A DNA stretch of 64,000 nt. It comes from Candidatus Dormiibacterota bacterium (GTDB lineage: Bacteria; Chloroflexota; Dormibacteria; Aeolococcales; Aeolococcaceae). The position numbers and the translations under genes were made by a program. Numbering within the stretch: the stretch's first letter is position 1; each line of letters begins with the position of its first letter. A model generated the notes under the pieces. That model was not told the origin of the DNA. It saw only the letters and a program-made list of their open reading frames with translations, and made no database searches. This document shows, one piece after another, positions 48,919 through 58,594 of this stretch. Location of the stretch: the NCBI GenBank assembly GCA_963709585.1, contig CAVPXI010000014.1:192001-256000 (forward strand), given 5' to 3'.

Positions 48919-50351
48919 TTGCCGGAGCGCCTGGACGCTGTCGTCATCGGCAGCGGTCCCAACGGCCTGGCTGCCGCGGTCGAGCTGGCGCGCAATGGGG
49001 CTTCCGTCCTCGTCCTCGAAGCAGCGGACACGATCGGCGGCGGAACCCGCACCGCCGAGCTCACTCTCCCCGGCTATCACCACGACGTCTGCTCCGCGGC
49101 GCACCCGCTCGGGATCCTCTCGCCGTACCTGTCGACGCTCCCACTCGCCCAGCACGGACTGACCTGGATCCAGCCGCCGGCGTCGGTCGCGCACCCGCTC
49201 GACGGGGAGCCGGCGGTGATCCTCCGCAAGTCCATGGACGCGACCGCCGGCTCGCTCGGAGCGGACGCGGCCGCGTACCGCCGGCTGATCGGCCCCCTCC
49301 TCCACCACCCGCATGAGTTGATCGCCGAGATCCTCGGGCCGGCGCATCTGCCCCGGCATCCGCTCCTGCTCGCGCGCTTCGGCGTCCCCGCCCTGCTCCC
49401 GGCCACAGTGCTGGGCCACCGGTGGTTTCGCGGCGAGCGCGCTCGCGCCCTGCTGGCCGGCTGCGCCGCCCACTCGGCGCTGCCCCTCACCCGGCCGGTC
49501 AGCGCCGCGGTCGGCCTTCTCTTCCTGCTCACCGGCCACGTCGAGACCTGGCCGATCGCGCAGGGCGGGTCGGCGGCGATCAGCAGCGCCCTCGGCGCGT
49601 ACCTCCTCTCCCTCGGCGGCCGGATCGAGACGGGACGGCCTGTGCGCGAACTGGCCGATCTCCCTCCGTCGCGCATCGTGCTCTTCGACACCGGCCCCGA
49701 CCAGGTTGCAAGCATCGCGTCCCGGGTGCTGCCCAGCCGGTACGTTCGCCGGCTGCGCGGTTATCGTTTCGGCCCCGGCATCTTCAAGATCGACTGGGCT
49801 CTCGACGGCCCCATCCCGTGGACCGATCCGGCCTGCCTCGACGCGGCGACGGTGCATGTGGGCGGCACCCTTGACGAGATCGCGTCGTCGGAAGCCGCCG
49901 TCTGGCGCCGCGAGCACCCCGACCGCCCCTACGCGATCGTCGTGCAGCCGAGCCTCTTCGATCCCTCGCGGCGCCGGCCGGCAAGCACACCGGCTGGGCG
50001 TACTGCCACGTTCCCGCCGGGTCGACGCTCGACCGCACCGACGTGCTCGAACGTCAGGTGGAGCGCTTCGCGCCGGGGTTCCGCGATCGCATCCTCGCCC
50101 GCAACGTGATGCGCACCGCGGATGTCGAGGAATACAACGCGAACTATGTCGGCGGCGCGATCACGGGCGGCGTGACCGATCTCGGCCAGCTCTTCACCCG
50201 GCCGGTGGCGCGCGCCAACCCGTATTCCACGCCCAACCCCGACGTCTTCATCTGCTCCGCCTCCACCCCTCCCGGCGGCGGCGTGCACGGGATGTGCGGC
50301 TATCACGCGGCGCGAAGCGCGCTGCGCCGCCTGGCGTCCGTGGCTGTGTGA
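48919..50351 (+). CDS. Phytoene dehydrogenase-like NAD(P)/FAD oxidoreductase (-1 frameshift near 49970)
   Basis: IGSGPNGLAAA, HDVCSAAHP; corrected DPSRAPAGKHTGWAYCH; CSASTPPGGGVHGMCG. Confidence 0.9.
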
Positions 50352-50361
50352 AGATTGGGCC

Positions 50362-50694
50362 ATGATCCTGGTGGTGTTCCGATCGCGCAACCGGCCCGAC
50401 GGCGATGTCGAGGAGTACCAACGGCGCAGCAAGCGGATGCACGAACTGGTGCAGCAGCATCCCGGCTTCATCTCGATCGAGAGCTTTGAGACTCCCGACG
50501 GCGAGGAGGTGTCGCTCGAACTCTTCGAGAACGACGAGTCGGTGAAGGCGTGGCGCGACAATCCCGAGCATCGCGACACCCAGCGCTGGGCTCGTGAGGA
50601 GTTCTACTCCTGGTATTCGAGCCAGGTGAGCGAGGTCATCCGCGCGCACGAGGTCGATCTCACCAAGCGCGACACAGCGACCACCGCGTCCTGA
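50362..50694 (+). CDS. Antibiotic biosynthesis monooxygenase (ABM) family protein
   Basis: VVFRSR, PGFISIE, AWRDNPEH..Q...R..FY. Confidence 0.88.
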   Translation: MILVVFRSRNRPDGDVEEYQRRSKRMHELVQQHPGFISIESFETPDGEEVSLELFENDESVKAWRDNPEHRDTQRWAREEFYSWYSSQVSEVIRAHEVDLTKRDTATTAS

Positions 50695-50696
50695 GC

Positions 50697-51125
50697 TCAG
50701 CGTCGCGCGCGGAAGAACTCCTGCAGTAACGCCGCCGATTCGGTAGCGCCGACACCGTGCACAACCGCGATCCGGTGGTTGTTGCGCGGATTGCGGAGCA
50801 CGTCGTACACGCTGCCGTCGGCGCCCTTCTTGGGATCGCGGGCGGCATAGACGCACGACAGAATGCGTGACTGGACCATCGCCCCGGCGCACATCGGACA
50901 TGGCTCCAGCGTCGCATACACCGTCACACCGTCCAGACGCCAGCCGCCCACGATCCGGGCAACCCGGCGCAGCACCAGCAATTCCGCGTGCGCGGTGGCG
51001 TCCCCGCGCCGCTCTATCGCATTGCCAGCGGCCACCAGGACGGCGCCGTCGCGCACAGCAACCGCGCCGACCGGCACCTCACCGCGCGCCCCGGCGGCGC
51101 GAGCCACCCGCAGGGCACGGCGCAT
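50697..51125 (-). CDS. tadA: tRNA adenosine(34) deaminase
   Basis: GEVPVGAV, TAHAE, WRL, TLEPCPMCAGA, DPK.GA, LLQEFFR. Confidence 0.92.
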   Translation of the reverse strand: MRRALRVARAAGARGEVPVGAVAVRDGAVLVAAGNAIERRGDATAHAELLVLRRVARIVGGWRLDGVTVYATLEPCPMCAGAMVQSRILSCVYAARDPKKGADGSVYDVLRNPRNNHRIAVVHGVGATESAALLQEFFRARR

Positions 51126-51148
51126 GAAGCGCTCGTGGGGCTCGATCG

Positions 51149-53371
51149 CTACCCCACCGCGACGAGCGGCAGATCGATCCTCAAGTCCGGACGCTCCACG
51201 ACCCGCATGGTGTCATCGACGAAGCGCACCCGCTCGAACGTGATGCAGTTCACCGGACAGTGGTCCTCGCAGATCCTGCAGTTGGTGCAGCGGTCGTAGT
51301 TGATGTAGATCTCGCCTTCGTAGCCGCCGCCTCCGGGCACGCCCCCGGACGTCGCGCACACCAGCGTCTCCCCGCCAGAGGAACGCTCGCGATCCTCGCC
51401 GAACACCACCACGTCGATGGCTTTCTCGGGGCACACGTCGTCACACGCGCCACAGAGCACGCACACCGTCTGGTCGTAGTGATGCACCGAATCGCACTGG
51501 AAGCAGCGGATCGACTGGACGATCGCCGTCTGATCGCTCCAGGACTGCTCGACCTCGGCCATGTCGTAGCGTTTGGCGGCCGCGAGGATGCCGGGTTCGG
51601 TGCGCGCGAACAGCTCCGATTGACGATGGTCGTCGGTGCGTTCCACGACCGTCTGGTAGATGCGGTCGCCCGCGGCTTCCATGTCCTCGCCGAGGAACTC
51701 GCGAATCGAGCGCGCGACGCGATGTCCCCAGCCCGCAGCATCGACGATGAACGACGGACCCTGGACGCAGTCACCGCCGCAGAAGAGCTTGGGGACTCCC
51801 GTGTGGCCGCCGCGATCCGCCGACAGCAGACCACGCTGGGTCACGGGGACGAGCTCGTCGGGGCGCTCCATGATCTGACCCGAGGCGAAGATGCAGTAGT
51901 CGGCGGCGACCGTCCACTGCTCGACGTTCTCCTGCTCCTTCACCGACGAGAAGATCAACTTGCCGCTGAGTGGATCGAACTCCAGGTCCTTCAGCGGGGC
52001 GAACGACACCGCGGTGACGTTGCCCTTCTCGTCTGCACGCACCTCCTTGACGATCACCCCGTCCTTGATGCGCAGCCCGATCTCCTTGGCTTCGTGCAGC
52101 TCGTTGCCGAAAGCGGGGAGGTGGTCCTCGGGCTCGATCGCCACCATCCACACCTCGCGGGCACCGAGCTTGATCGACGTCTGGCACGCGTCGGTGGCAA
52201 CCGCACCACCGCCCACGACGACCACGGTCCCGCCGATCGGAAAGTGCTCGGGGATCCGGTCGTATGACACCGTACGCAGGAAGCTCATGGCGTCGATGAC
52301 CTGGGGCAGATCGCTCCCCGGGATCGGCAGGATCCGTCCCTTCATCATCCCGATCGAGAAGAACACCGCGTCGTACTCGTCGAGCAGGTCCTTGGTCTTG
52401 ATGTCGTCGGGATCCGGCCCGACATTGCTGTTCAGGCGCACTTCGATCCCGGTGGACATGATCATGTCCAGCTCCCACTGGAGCTGACGGTGATCAAAGC
52501 GGAACGGTGGGATCGAGGTGCTCAGCAGGCCGCCGACCTTGGCCTCGCGCTCGAAGAGCGCGACGTCGTATCCCTGCACGCGCAGGTCGAGCGCGCACGT
52601 CAGGCCGGCAGGCCCGGCGCCGACGACCGCAACGCGCTTGCCGTTCGCGGGCGCGATCTTGTAGTTGATCCAGAGCCCCTGCTGAAACGCGAAGTCGGTC
52701 GAGAACCGCTTGATGGATTTGATCGTCACCGGCTCCTCGCCGGGATCCCAGCCGCGTTTGCAATCGGTTTCGCACGGGTGATTGCAGAGCCGCCCGAGCA
52801 TGCTGGGGAACGGATTGGTCTCATGGATCACCGACCACGAGTCCACGTATCGGCCCTGGCTGACATAGTCGATGTAGGTGGCGATGTCCTGGCGGATTGG
52901 GCAGTTGCGCTGGCAGGGCGTGATCGGCACGTTGAACCCCAGGTCGAGGTGCCCGCTCATGATCTTCATCGGCGCCTTGTCGATCACATTCTTTGCAATC
53001 GCGCCGAGGACGTGGGCGGCGCTCACCATCCCGACCGGCGCGCTCTTGCGCGAGAAGATTCCACCGTCGGACGCGGTGACGATTGCCGCCTCCGCGGACG
53101 AGTGACGCATCACGTCGGCGCCGCGCTCGACGCGCTCACCGAGGTCGATCTCGGGTGCGGGACGCATCACGTCACGAACGCTGGTCTGGTCGAGCACGTC
53201 GAACCAGGAGGTGATGGTCTCGAGGCCGACGGTGCCGAGCACGCTCTCACCTCGAACCACGAGCAGCGGCACCGGGTCCTGGAGACGCAGCACCTCGAGC
53301 ACGTCGGACAGCGTGTCTTCGGGATCGCACTCCGCACCCAGTGGGGAGGCGATGCTCTCGAGCTCAGGCAT
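51149..53371 (-). CDS. CBS-pair fused to a GltD/DsrL-like FAD/NAD-dependent Fe-S oxidoreductase with a C-terminal 2x[4Fe-4S] domain
   Basis: N-terminal CBS pair; PCQRNCP, GRLCNHPCETDC; VAVVGAGPAG; VVVGGG; GGD; RCFQC; CVLCGACDDVCP; CTNCRICEDHCP. Confidence 0.9.
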   Translation of the reverse strand: MPELESIASPLGAECDPEDTLSDVLEVLRLQDPVPLLVVRGESVLGTVGLETITSWFDVLDQTSVRDVMRPAPEIDLGERVERGADVMRHSSAEAAIVTASDGGIFSRKSAPVGMVSAAHVLGAIAKNVIDKAPMKIMSGHLDLGFNVPITPCQRNCPIRQDIATYIDYVSQGRYVDSWSVIHETNPFPSMLGRLCNHPCETDCKRGWDPGEEPVTIKSIKRFSTDFAFQQGLWINYKIAPANGKRVAVVGAGPAGLTCALDLRVQGYDVALFEREAKVGGLLSTSIPPFRFDHRQLQWELDMIMSTGIEVRLNSNVGPDPDDIKTKDLLDEYDAVFFSIGMMKGRILPIPGSDLPQVIDAMSFLRTVSYDRIPEHFPIGGTVVVVGGGAVATDACQTSIKLGAREVWMVAIEPEDHLPAFGNELHEAKEIGLRIKDGVIVKEVRADEKGNVTAVSFAPLKDLEFDPLSGKLIFSSVKEQENVEQWTVAADYCIFASGQIMERPDELVPVTQRGLLSADRGGHTGVPKLFCGGDCVQGPSFIVDAAGWGHRVARSIREFLGEDMEAAGDRIYQTVVERTDDHRQSELFARTEPGILAAAKRYDMAEVEQSWSDQTAIVQSIRCFQCDSVHHYDQTVCVLCGACDDVCPEKAIDVVVFGEDRERSSGGETLVCATSGGVPGGGGYEGEIYINYDRCTNCRICEDHCPVNCITFERVRFVDDTMRVVERPDLRIDLPLVAVG

Positions 53372-53855
53372 GGACGGCCCTGCGCCGCGCGAGGGCGAAA
53401 TCGGCGAGCTCGCGCGGGGTGAGCATGCCCACCACCGTCTCGTCCTCGTGGGTGACGATGGCGAGGCGGCGTTCGTGCTGGGCCATCAGCGCGACGACCT
53501 CACTCAGCCGCTGATGCTCGTCGACGAGCAGCGGTGACTGGCGCAGCATGTTGCGTGCCTGCACGCTCGTCGACGGTGGACGCATCGCGAAGTCGCTTCC
53601 GGACACAACGATGTCGCCGGCGATCAGGTGATCGATGATGTCCTCTTTGGCGACGTAGCCGACCGGACGGCGGTCGACGAGCACGACGATTTCGCTCAGG
53701 ATGTTGTCGGCGAGAAGCTTGGCGATCGCGTCGGCCGGCGTGCTCGGGAGGCAGAACACCACCTCGTTGCGCATCACCGACCCCACCTCCGGATCACCCG
53801 CCTCGAGCGCGAGGCTGTCAGGGTCGATGGAGGCCGTTAAAGGGACCGAGGTCAC
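53364..53855 (-). CDS. Stand-alone CBS-pair protein
   Basis: VGSVMRNEVV, PVGYV..EDI, ARNML, VVGMLTPREL; GTG start overlaps the upstream stop. Confidence 0.85.
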   Translation of the reverse strand: MTSVPLTASIDPDSLALEAGDPEVGSVMRNEVVFCLPSTPADAIAKLLADNILSEIVVLVDRRPVGYVAKEDIIDHLIAGDIVVSGSDFAMRPPSTSVQARNMLRQSPLLVDEHQRLSEVVALMAQHERRLAIVTHEDETVVGMLTPRELADFALARRRAVHA

Positions 53856-54547
53856 GCCCCCGCCTCTTCCGCCATCTGCTCCTGCAGCCGGCGAAGGACG
53901 TCCTGCCATGTCTCGGTCGTCCCCACAGGCCGCGCCTGGGCGCGTGGAGCAGCACGTTGAATCTTCGTGCGTGTCTTGGTGATCTCGCGCTCTCGCTTGC
54001 GATCCTGGACGGACCGGGCGGACTCGACCGCCTGGCGCACCTCGGTCTCGACCTCGGTGATCTCCTCCGCCGACGTTGCCCCGCGCAGCGACCGGCCCAA
54101 CCGCGAGGTGACCTCCGGCGGCAGTTGCGGGCCGGCGTCGCGCAGCATGTCGCTGCCGCGACGGCGCAGCAGGTCGAGCGCATGCGCGGCGCGAGCACGT
54201 TCCGCGTTGGACGCACGCTGCTGCTGGTACAGCTCCATCCCGGTCGCGATCAACTGCGGGTACTGGAATGCCTGACTGAACTTGCCGGTGTTGATGCGCG
54301 CGGTGATCTCGTCGATCGATCGCTGCAACTCGTCGCGCGGCTCACCCTCGAGGCTGCCGAGCAGATCGGCGAGAATCGGCCGTGCCTGCGCATACGCCCG
54401 CTTCACCCACGCGGGAAGGTGATGGTGCGATGGTTCCGCCACCGGCGCCGGCGTCGTCGCCCGAGGAGCGCCGACTGGACGGACGATGGCCGGGAAAGCT
54501 GTCGTGAGGGGCGCCTGCTGCTGGCCGCGTTCCCTCGTCTGGATCAC
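53852..54547 (-). CDS. Hypothetical helical/coiled-coil protein
   Basis: 231 aa, charged helical sequence; TACGAT -10 box at 54560-54565; coupled to the CBS gene. Confidence 0.75.
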   Translation of the reverse strand: MIQTRERGQQQAPLTTAFPAIVRPVGAPRATTPAPVAEPSHHHLPAWVKRAYAQARPILADLLGSLEGEPRDELQRSIDEITARINTGKFSQAFQYPQLIATGMELYQQQRASNAERARAAHALDLLRRRGSDMLRDAGPQLPPEVTSRLGRSLRGATSAEEITEVETEVRQAVESARSVQDRKREREITKTRTKIQRAAPRAQARPVGTTETWQDVLRRLQEQMAEEAGA

Positions 54548-54640
54548 TGCGATACCCGCATCGTACCCGGCTTCGGGGGTGTCGCGACTTCCCCGTATAC
54601 CGATTGACTCATGATCCTGCCCTGAGCATCCCGGCAGAGT

Positions 54641-55405
54641 TTAGCGAGCGGTCGCCGCTCGATGTCGTGGGGCGCGGCCGGGCGTGGTCAGACCGAGTTC
54701 CGCCGAGGGGCAGATGTCGGCGAGGACACACTCGTGGCAGCGTGGCTTGTTGGCGATGCAGATCCGCCTGCCGTGGAGGATGAGACGCAGGCTCAACGCG
54801 GTCCATTCGCTGGCGGGGACGATGCTGCACACGTCCGCCTCGATCTTCACGGGGTCGGTCGCGGCGGTGAGGCGGAGCTTTCTGGTGAGGCGCGTCACAT
54901 GCGTGTCGACGGCGAATCCCGGCACCGCGAACGCGACTCCCAGCACCACGTTGGCGGTCTTGCGTCCCACGCCACGGAGCTGCACCAGGTCCTCCATTCG
55001 TGGCGGCACCTCGCCGTGATGCAGCCGAACGAGGTCCTGGCTCATCTCGCGAATCGCGCGCGCTTTGGAGCGGAAGAAGCCCGTCTTGTGAATGATCGCT
55101 TCGACGTCCGCCTGCTCGGCTGCCGCGAGGTCCCCAACGCTCGGGTAGCGCGCAAACAGGTTTGGTGTCACCGAGTTGACATTGACGTCGGTCGTCTGCG
55201 CACTGAGGATCACCGAAACCAGCAACTGCCAGGGATCCCCGAAGTCCAGTTCCGTATGCGCATCCCCATATTCGAGCGCAAGCCGCGCCACCACGATCGG
55301 AGCGCGCTCCCGAGCCCCCGCCGGCAATCGCCGCTTGCGCACCTTCGCCTTAGCAGGCGCCTTCGGCTTCCCTTTAGCGCCCGCGCCCTTCACCGGACTC
55401 ACCAT
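54641..55405 (-). CDS. nth: Endonuclease III
   Basis: ILSAQTTD, GFFRSKA, HhH LRGVGRKTANVV, VDTHV, CIANKPRCHECVLADIC Fe-S loop; start uncertain. Confidence 0.95.
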   Translation of the reverse strand: MVSPVKGAGAKGKPKAPAKAKVRKRRLPAGARERAPIVVARLALEYGDAHTELDFGDPWQLLVSVILSAQTTDVNVNSVTPNLFARYPSVGDLAAAEQADVEAIIHKTGFFRSKARAIREMSQDLVRLHHGEVPPRMEDLVQLRGVGRKTANVVLGVAFAVPGFAVDTHVTRLTRKLRLTAATDPVKIEADVCSIVPASEWTALSLRLILHGRRICIANKPRCHECVLADICPSAELGLTTPGRAPRHRAATAR

Positions 55406-55629
55406 CCCATCCAGCCCAACCGCAGCACCATATCGCGAGGACCCCCGACCCCGACCCAAATCGCATCCCCGTCACTGCCATAGGACGGCGTCCGCTCCCA
55501 ATTCAGCAGGGGCCGATGGTGAGACTGCACAGCACGCCGCATCCTACGCAGCGCTCAGCATCCGCGGGCTCGTTACAGCAGCGGGGCGTTGTGGCGGGAT
55601 TGCCGAACGATGCCAGGAGGGCTCACAGA

Positions 55630-55772
55630 CTCAGCGGGTGGCGTCGTGGGGGGCAGCGCCGCCGGAGGGTCGGGCTCCGAGGATGCGTCGCCCACCAGCC
55701 ACGACGACTCGCTCCAGGAGACCCGACCCGGAGGCGGCGAGGGGCCCCGCGACGACAGGACCCGCGCCTGAG
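55630..55772. other. ~143-nt rod-like imperfect inverted repeat (candidate ncRNA or REP-like element)
   Basis: Nested stems CTCAG/CTGAG, CGGGT/ACCCG, GTCGTGGGG/CCCCGCGAC, CGCCGCC/GGCGGCG, GGGTCGGG/CCCGACCC, CTCC/GGAG. Confidence 0.6.
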
Positions 55773-55828
55773 CGTGGGGCAGGCTGACGGCGAGTGGTCC
55801 CCACGATGACAGGACCCGCCTTTGAGCG
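55745..55828. repeat. 30-bp imperfect direct repeat (25/30 identical, 54-bp period)
   Basis: CCCCGCGACGACAGGACCCGCGCCTGAGCG (55745-55774) versus CCCCACGATGACAGGACCCGCCTTTGAGCG (55799-55828). Confidence 0.75.
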
Positions 55829-55873
55829 AGAAGTAGCCCGGGCCAGCAGAGCGCCTGCGTAGAATCGAGCGCC

Positions 55874-56857
55874 GTGCGAAGCAAGATCACCGTCGTCGGC
55901 GCCGGCAATGTGGGCGCGACGCTGGCCCAGCGCGTGGCGGAACGCGACTACGCCGATGTCGTGCTCGTCGATATCGTCGAAGGTCTCCCTCAGGGCAAGG
56001 CCCTCGACATGCTCCAGTCGGGCCCGATCGTCGGGTACGACTCGCTGGTCACCGGGACCAACGGATACGACGAGACCGCCGGGTCGAAGATCGTCGTGAT
56101 CACCAGTGGCATCCCACGCAAACCGGGGATGTCGCGCGACGACCTGGTGATGACCAACGCCAAGATCGTGTCGGGCGTCGTCCGGCAGATCGTCGAGCGG
56201 TCCCCGGACTGCATTCTCATCGTGGTCGCCAACCCGGTCGACGCCATGACCCAGCTGTCGATGGCGGTCTCGGGCTTCCCGCGCTCGCGCGTGATCGGCA
56301 TGGCCGGCGTCCTCGACACCGCTCGCTATCGCACCTTCATCGCTCAGGAGCTCGACGCCTCCGTGCACGATGTGCAGGCGTACGTGCTCGGCGGTCACGG
56401 CGACACCATGGTCCCGCTCACGCGGATGACGACTGTCGCCGGTATTCCCGCCGCGGAGCTCATCCCCGCCGAACGCCTCGCGAGCATCGTGCAGCGTGCT
56501 CGCGACGGCGGCGCGGAGATTGTGAACCTGCTGAAGACGGGCAGCGCCTTCTATGCGCCGAGCGCCGCGGTGGCGCAGATGATCGACGCGATCGTGCTCG
56601 ACACGCGCCAGGTGCTGCCCTGCACGGTGCATCTCGAGGGCGAGTACGGCATCAACGGGCTGTTCACCGGCGTCCCCTGCAGGCTCGGCGAGGGTGGCCT
56701 CATCGAAGTGATCGATGTCGCGCTCACCGACGACGAGCGAGCCGCGCTCCACCGCAGCGCCGAGTCGGTACATCAGGTCGTCGAGGTGATGAGCTCGCGA
56801 CGCGCGGAGATCGATCCGAATCTCGGCTCACTGACCACCGGCATCAGGATCGGCTGA
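55874..56857 (+). CDS. mdh: Malate dehydrogenase (LDH-like)
   Basis: [49 protein letters not shown]; TAGAAT 8 nt upstream suggests leaderless mRNA. Confidence 0.97.
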   Translation: MRSKITVVGAGNVGATLAQRVAERDYADVVLVDIVEGLPQGKALDMLQSGPIVGYDSLVTGTNGYDETAGSKIVVITSGIPRKPGMSRDDLVMTNAKIVSGVVRQIVERSPDCILIVVANPVDAMTQLSMAVSGFPRSRVIGMAGVLDTARYRTFIAQELDASVHDVQAYVLGGHGDTMVPLTRMTTVAGIPAAELIPAERLASIVQRARDGGAEIVNLLKTGSAFYAPSAAVAQMIDAIVLDTRQVLPCTVHLEGEYGINGLFTGVPCRLGEGGLIEVIDVALTDDERAALHRSAESVHQVVEVMSSRRAEIDPNLGSLTTGIRIG

Positions 56858-57507
56858 GCAGCAGCTCCGGGGTGATGTCGACCAGCGAGTCGATCACGAC
56901 GTGGGCGTGACTGATGTCACCGGCCAGCGCGCCGTCCGAACGGAGCCCGATGCAGCGCATGCCCGCCGCGATGGCGGCGGTGACACCGACCGGTGAATCC
57001 TCGATGGCGACGCATGACGACGGCATCACGTCGAGCGCTCGCGCGGCGCTGATGTACACGCCGGGATCGGGTTTGCCGCGCTCCTCGTCATCCGCGCTGC
57101 ACACCGCGTCGACAAGCTCGCCGATGCCCAGCCGGTCGACCACCGCGTTGATCAGCTCTCGAACTCGACGAGGAAGCGATCGCAACGCGGAGCCCGGCGT
57201 CGCGCGCGGTGTGGATCGCCTCGACCGCACCGGGCATCGAGACGCCGTGCGCGCGCACGTGTTCGACCATCTCGCGGATGATCTCGCGCTCGACGGCGCG
57301 CGGCCGGATGCCGTTCCACGGCCGGACCCGGTAGCGGTAGTCGACGACCTCCTCGATGCGCATGCCCCAGGTCTCGCGCAGTTGCGCGTCGGTCAGCTCG
57401 ACGCCGACGCGGGCAAACACGTCGTGCTCGGTCTCACGCCACACCGGCTCGGTGTCGATCAGGACTCCGTCCATGTCGAAGACGCAGGCGGAGATCGTCC
57501 TCCCCAT
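56844..57507 (-). CDS. HAD-family sugar phosphatase (+1 frameshift at 57161-57166)
   Basis: [32 protein letters not shown]; corrected junction SSSRELINAV. Confidence 0.9.
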
Positions 57508-57518
57508 GAGTGGCGATG

Positions 57519-57776
57519 CTACTCCCTCGGTCCGGACGGACTGATCCGTGCCGGGGGCTCATCATCGTCAGCGCCCGGCGCCGAGATGCTGGGAATCTCC
57601 GGCGGCTCTCGCCGGTAGTGCTGCCCGAAGATCGGCCCGACGACGACCATCATGTTGAGCAACGCCTTGCGCGTGTCCGACTGCCCCCACGCCGGCGTCC
57701 GCGAGTAGAAGTAGAACCAGGCGAAGATCACGATCATCACCACGATGACCGCGCTCAGAACGAGGATGCCTATCAA
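57519..57776 (-). CDS. Small single-pass membrane protein coupled to sdhB
   Basis: TTG start overlaps the sdhB stop; LIGILVLSAVIVVMIVIFAWFYFY TM helix, 85 aa. Confidence 0.65.
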   Translation of the reverse strand: MIGILVLSAVIVVMIVIFAWFYFYSRTPAWGQSDTRKALLNMMVVVGPIFGQHYRREPPEIPSISAPGADDDEPPARISPSGPRE

Positions 57777-58594
57777 TCGCCGCTGCGACCGAAGAGCTTG
57801 CGCCCGACAAAGCGCACCGGGTCCCAGTGCACATCCGCAACCCGCTCCTTGAGCGGGATGATCGCGTTGTCGGTGATGTGGATGTGCTCCGGGCACACCT
57901 CGGTGCAGCACTTGGTGATGTTGCAGTACCCGAGCCCGCCCTGCTCGCGGGTCTGCTCCCGACGATCGAGGACGTCCTTGGGGTGCATCTCCAGCGAGGC
58001 GACACGAACGAAGAATCGTGGTCCGTAGAACCGGTCGGCGTAGTCGTGGCTGCGGAGGATGTGGCAGACGTCCTGGCACAGGAAGCACTCGATGCACTTG
58101 CGAAACTCGTAGAGACGGTCGATGTCCTGCTGCGGGATCCGCCATGGCGTGCCGTCGTCGGGCGCAGCGGTGAACGGGGGAATCTCACGATTCACCTCGT
58201 AGTTTCGGGAGACGTCGGTGACCAGGTCCTTGATCAGTGGGAATGACTTCAGCGGGTGCACCGTGACCGGCCCGGCGGGGAGGTCGTCCAGACGGGTCTT
58301 GCACATCAGCACGGGGTGACCGTTGACCTCCGCGCTGCACGAGCCGCACTTGGCGGCCTTGCAGTTCCACCGGCACGCGAGATCCGTGTCAAGGTTGTGC
58401 TGCACGTAGTGCACCGCGTCGAGGATCACCATGCCGGCCACCACCGGGACCTGGTATGCGACCTCGGCCTGCTCGCCGCCCGGCACGCCCTTGAACACCC
58501 TGAGCGTCAGCGTCTCGCCGGTGAGCCCACTCGCGGTCAGCGCGTTCTCGACGGGCAGCTCGACGCTCGCGGCGGGCTGATCCACGACTGCCAT
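57773..58594 (-). CDS. sdhB: Succinate dehydrogenase iron-sulfur subunit
   Basis: CKAAKCGSC...C [2Fe-2S], CIECFLCQDVC, CNITKCCTEVCP. Confidence 0.95.
   Translation of the reverse strand: MAVVDQPAASVELPVENALTASGLTGETLTLRVFKGVPGGEQAEVAYQVPVVAGMVILDAVHYVQHNLDTDLACRWNCKAAKCGSCSAEVNGHPVLMCKTRLDDLPAGPVTVHPLKSFPLIKDLVTDVSRNYEVNREIPPFTAAPDDGTPWRIPQQDIDRLYEFRKCIECFLCQDVCHILRSHDYADRFYGPRFFVRVASLEMHPKDVLDRREQTREQGGLGYCNITKCCTEVCPEHIHITDNAIIPLKERVADVHWDPVRFVGRKLFGRSGD

Noticed and set aside
55560-55730. Cobalamin riboswitch-like fragments (CCCGCTGCTGTAA on minus, CCAGGAGACC on plus)
   Set aside because: The pieces lie on opposite strands, the GGGAA core is missing, and no B12-related gene is adjacent.
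55745-55828. CRISPR array
   Set aside because: Only two imperfect copies with a 24-nt gap and no cas genes.
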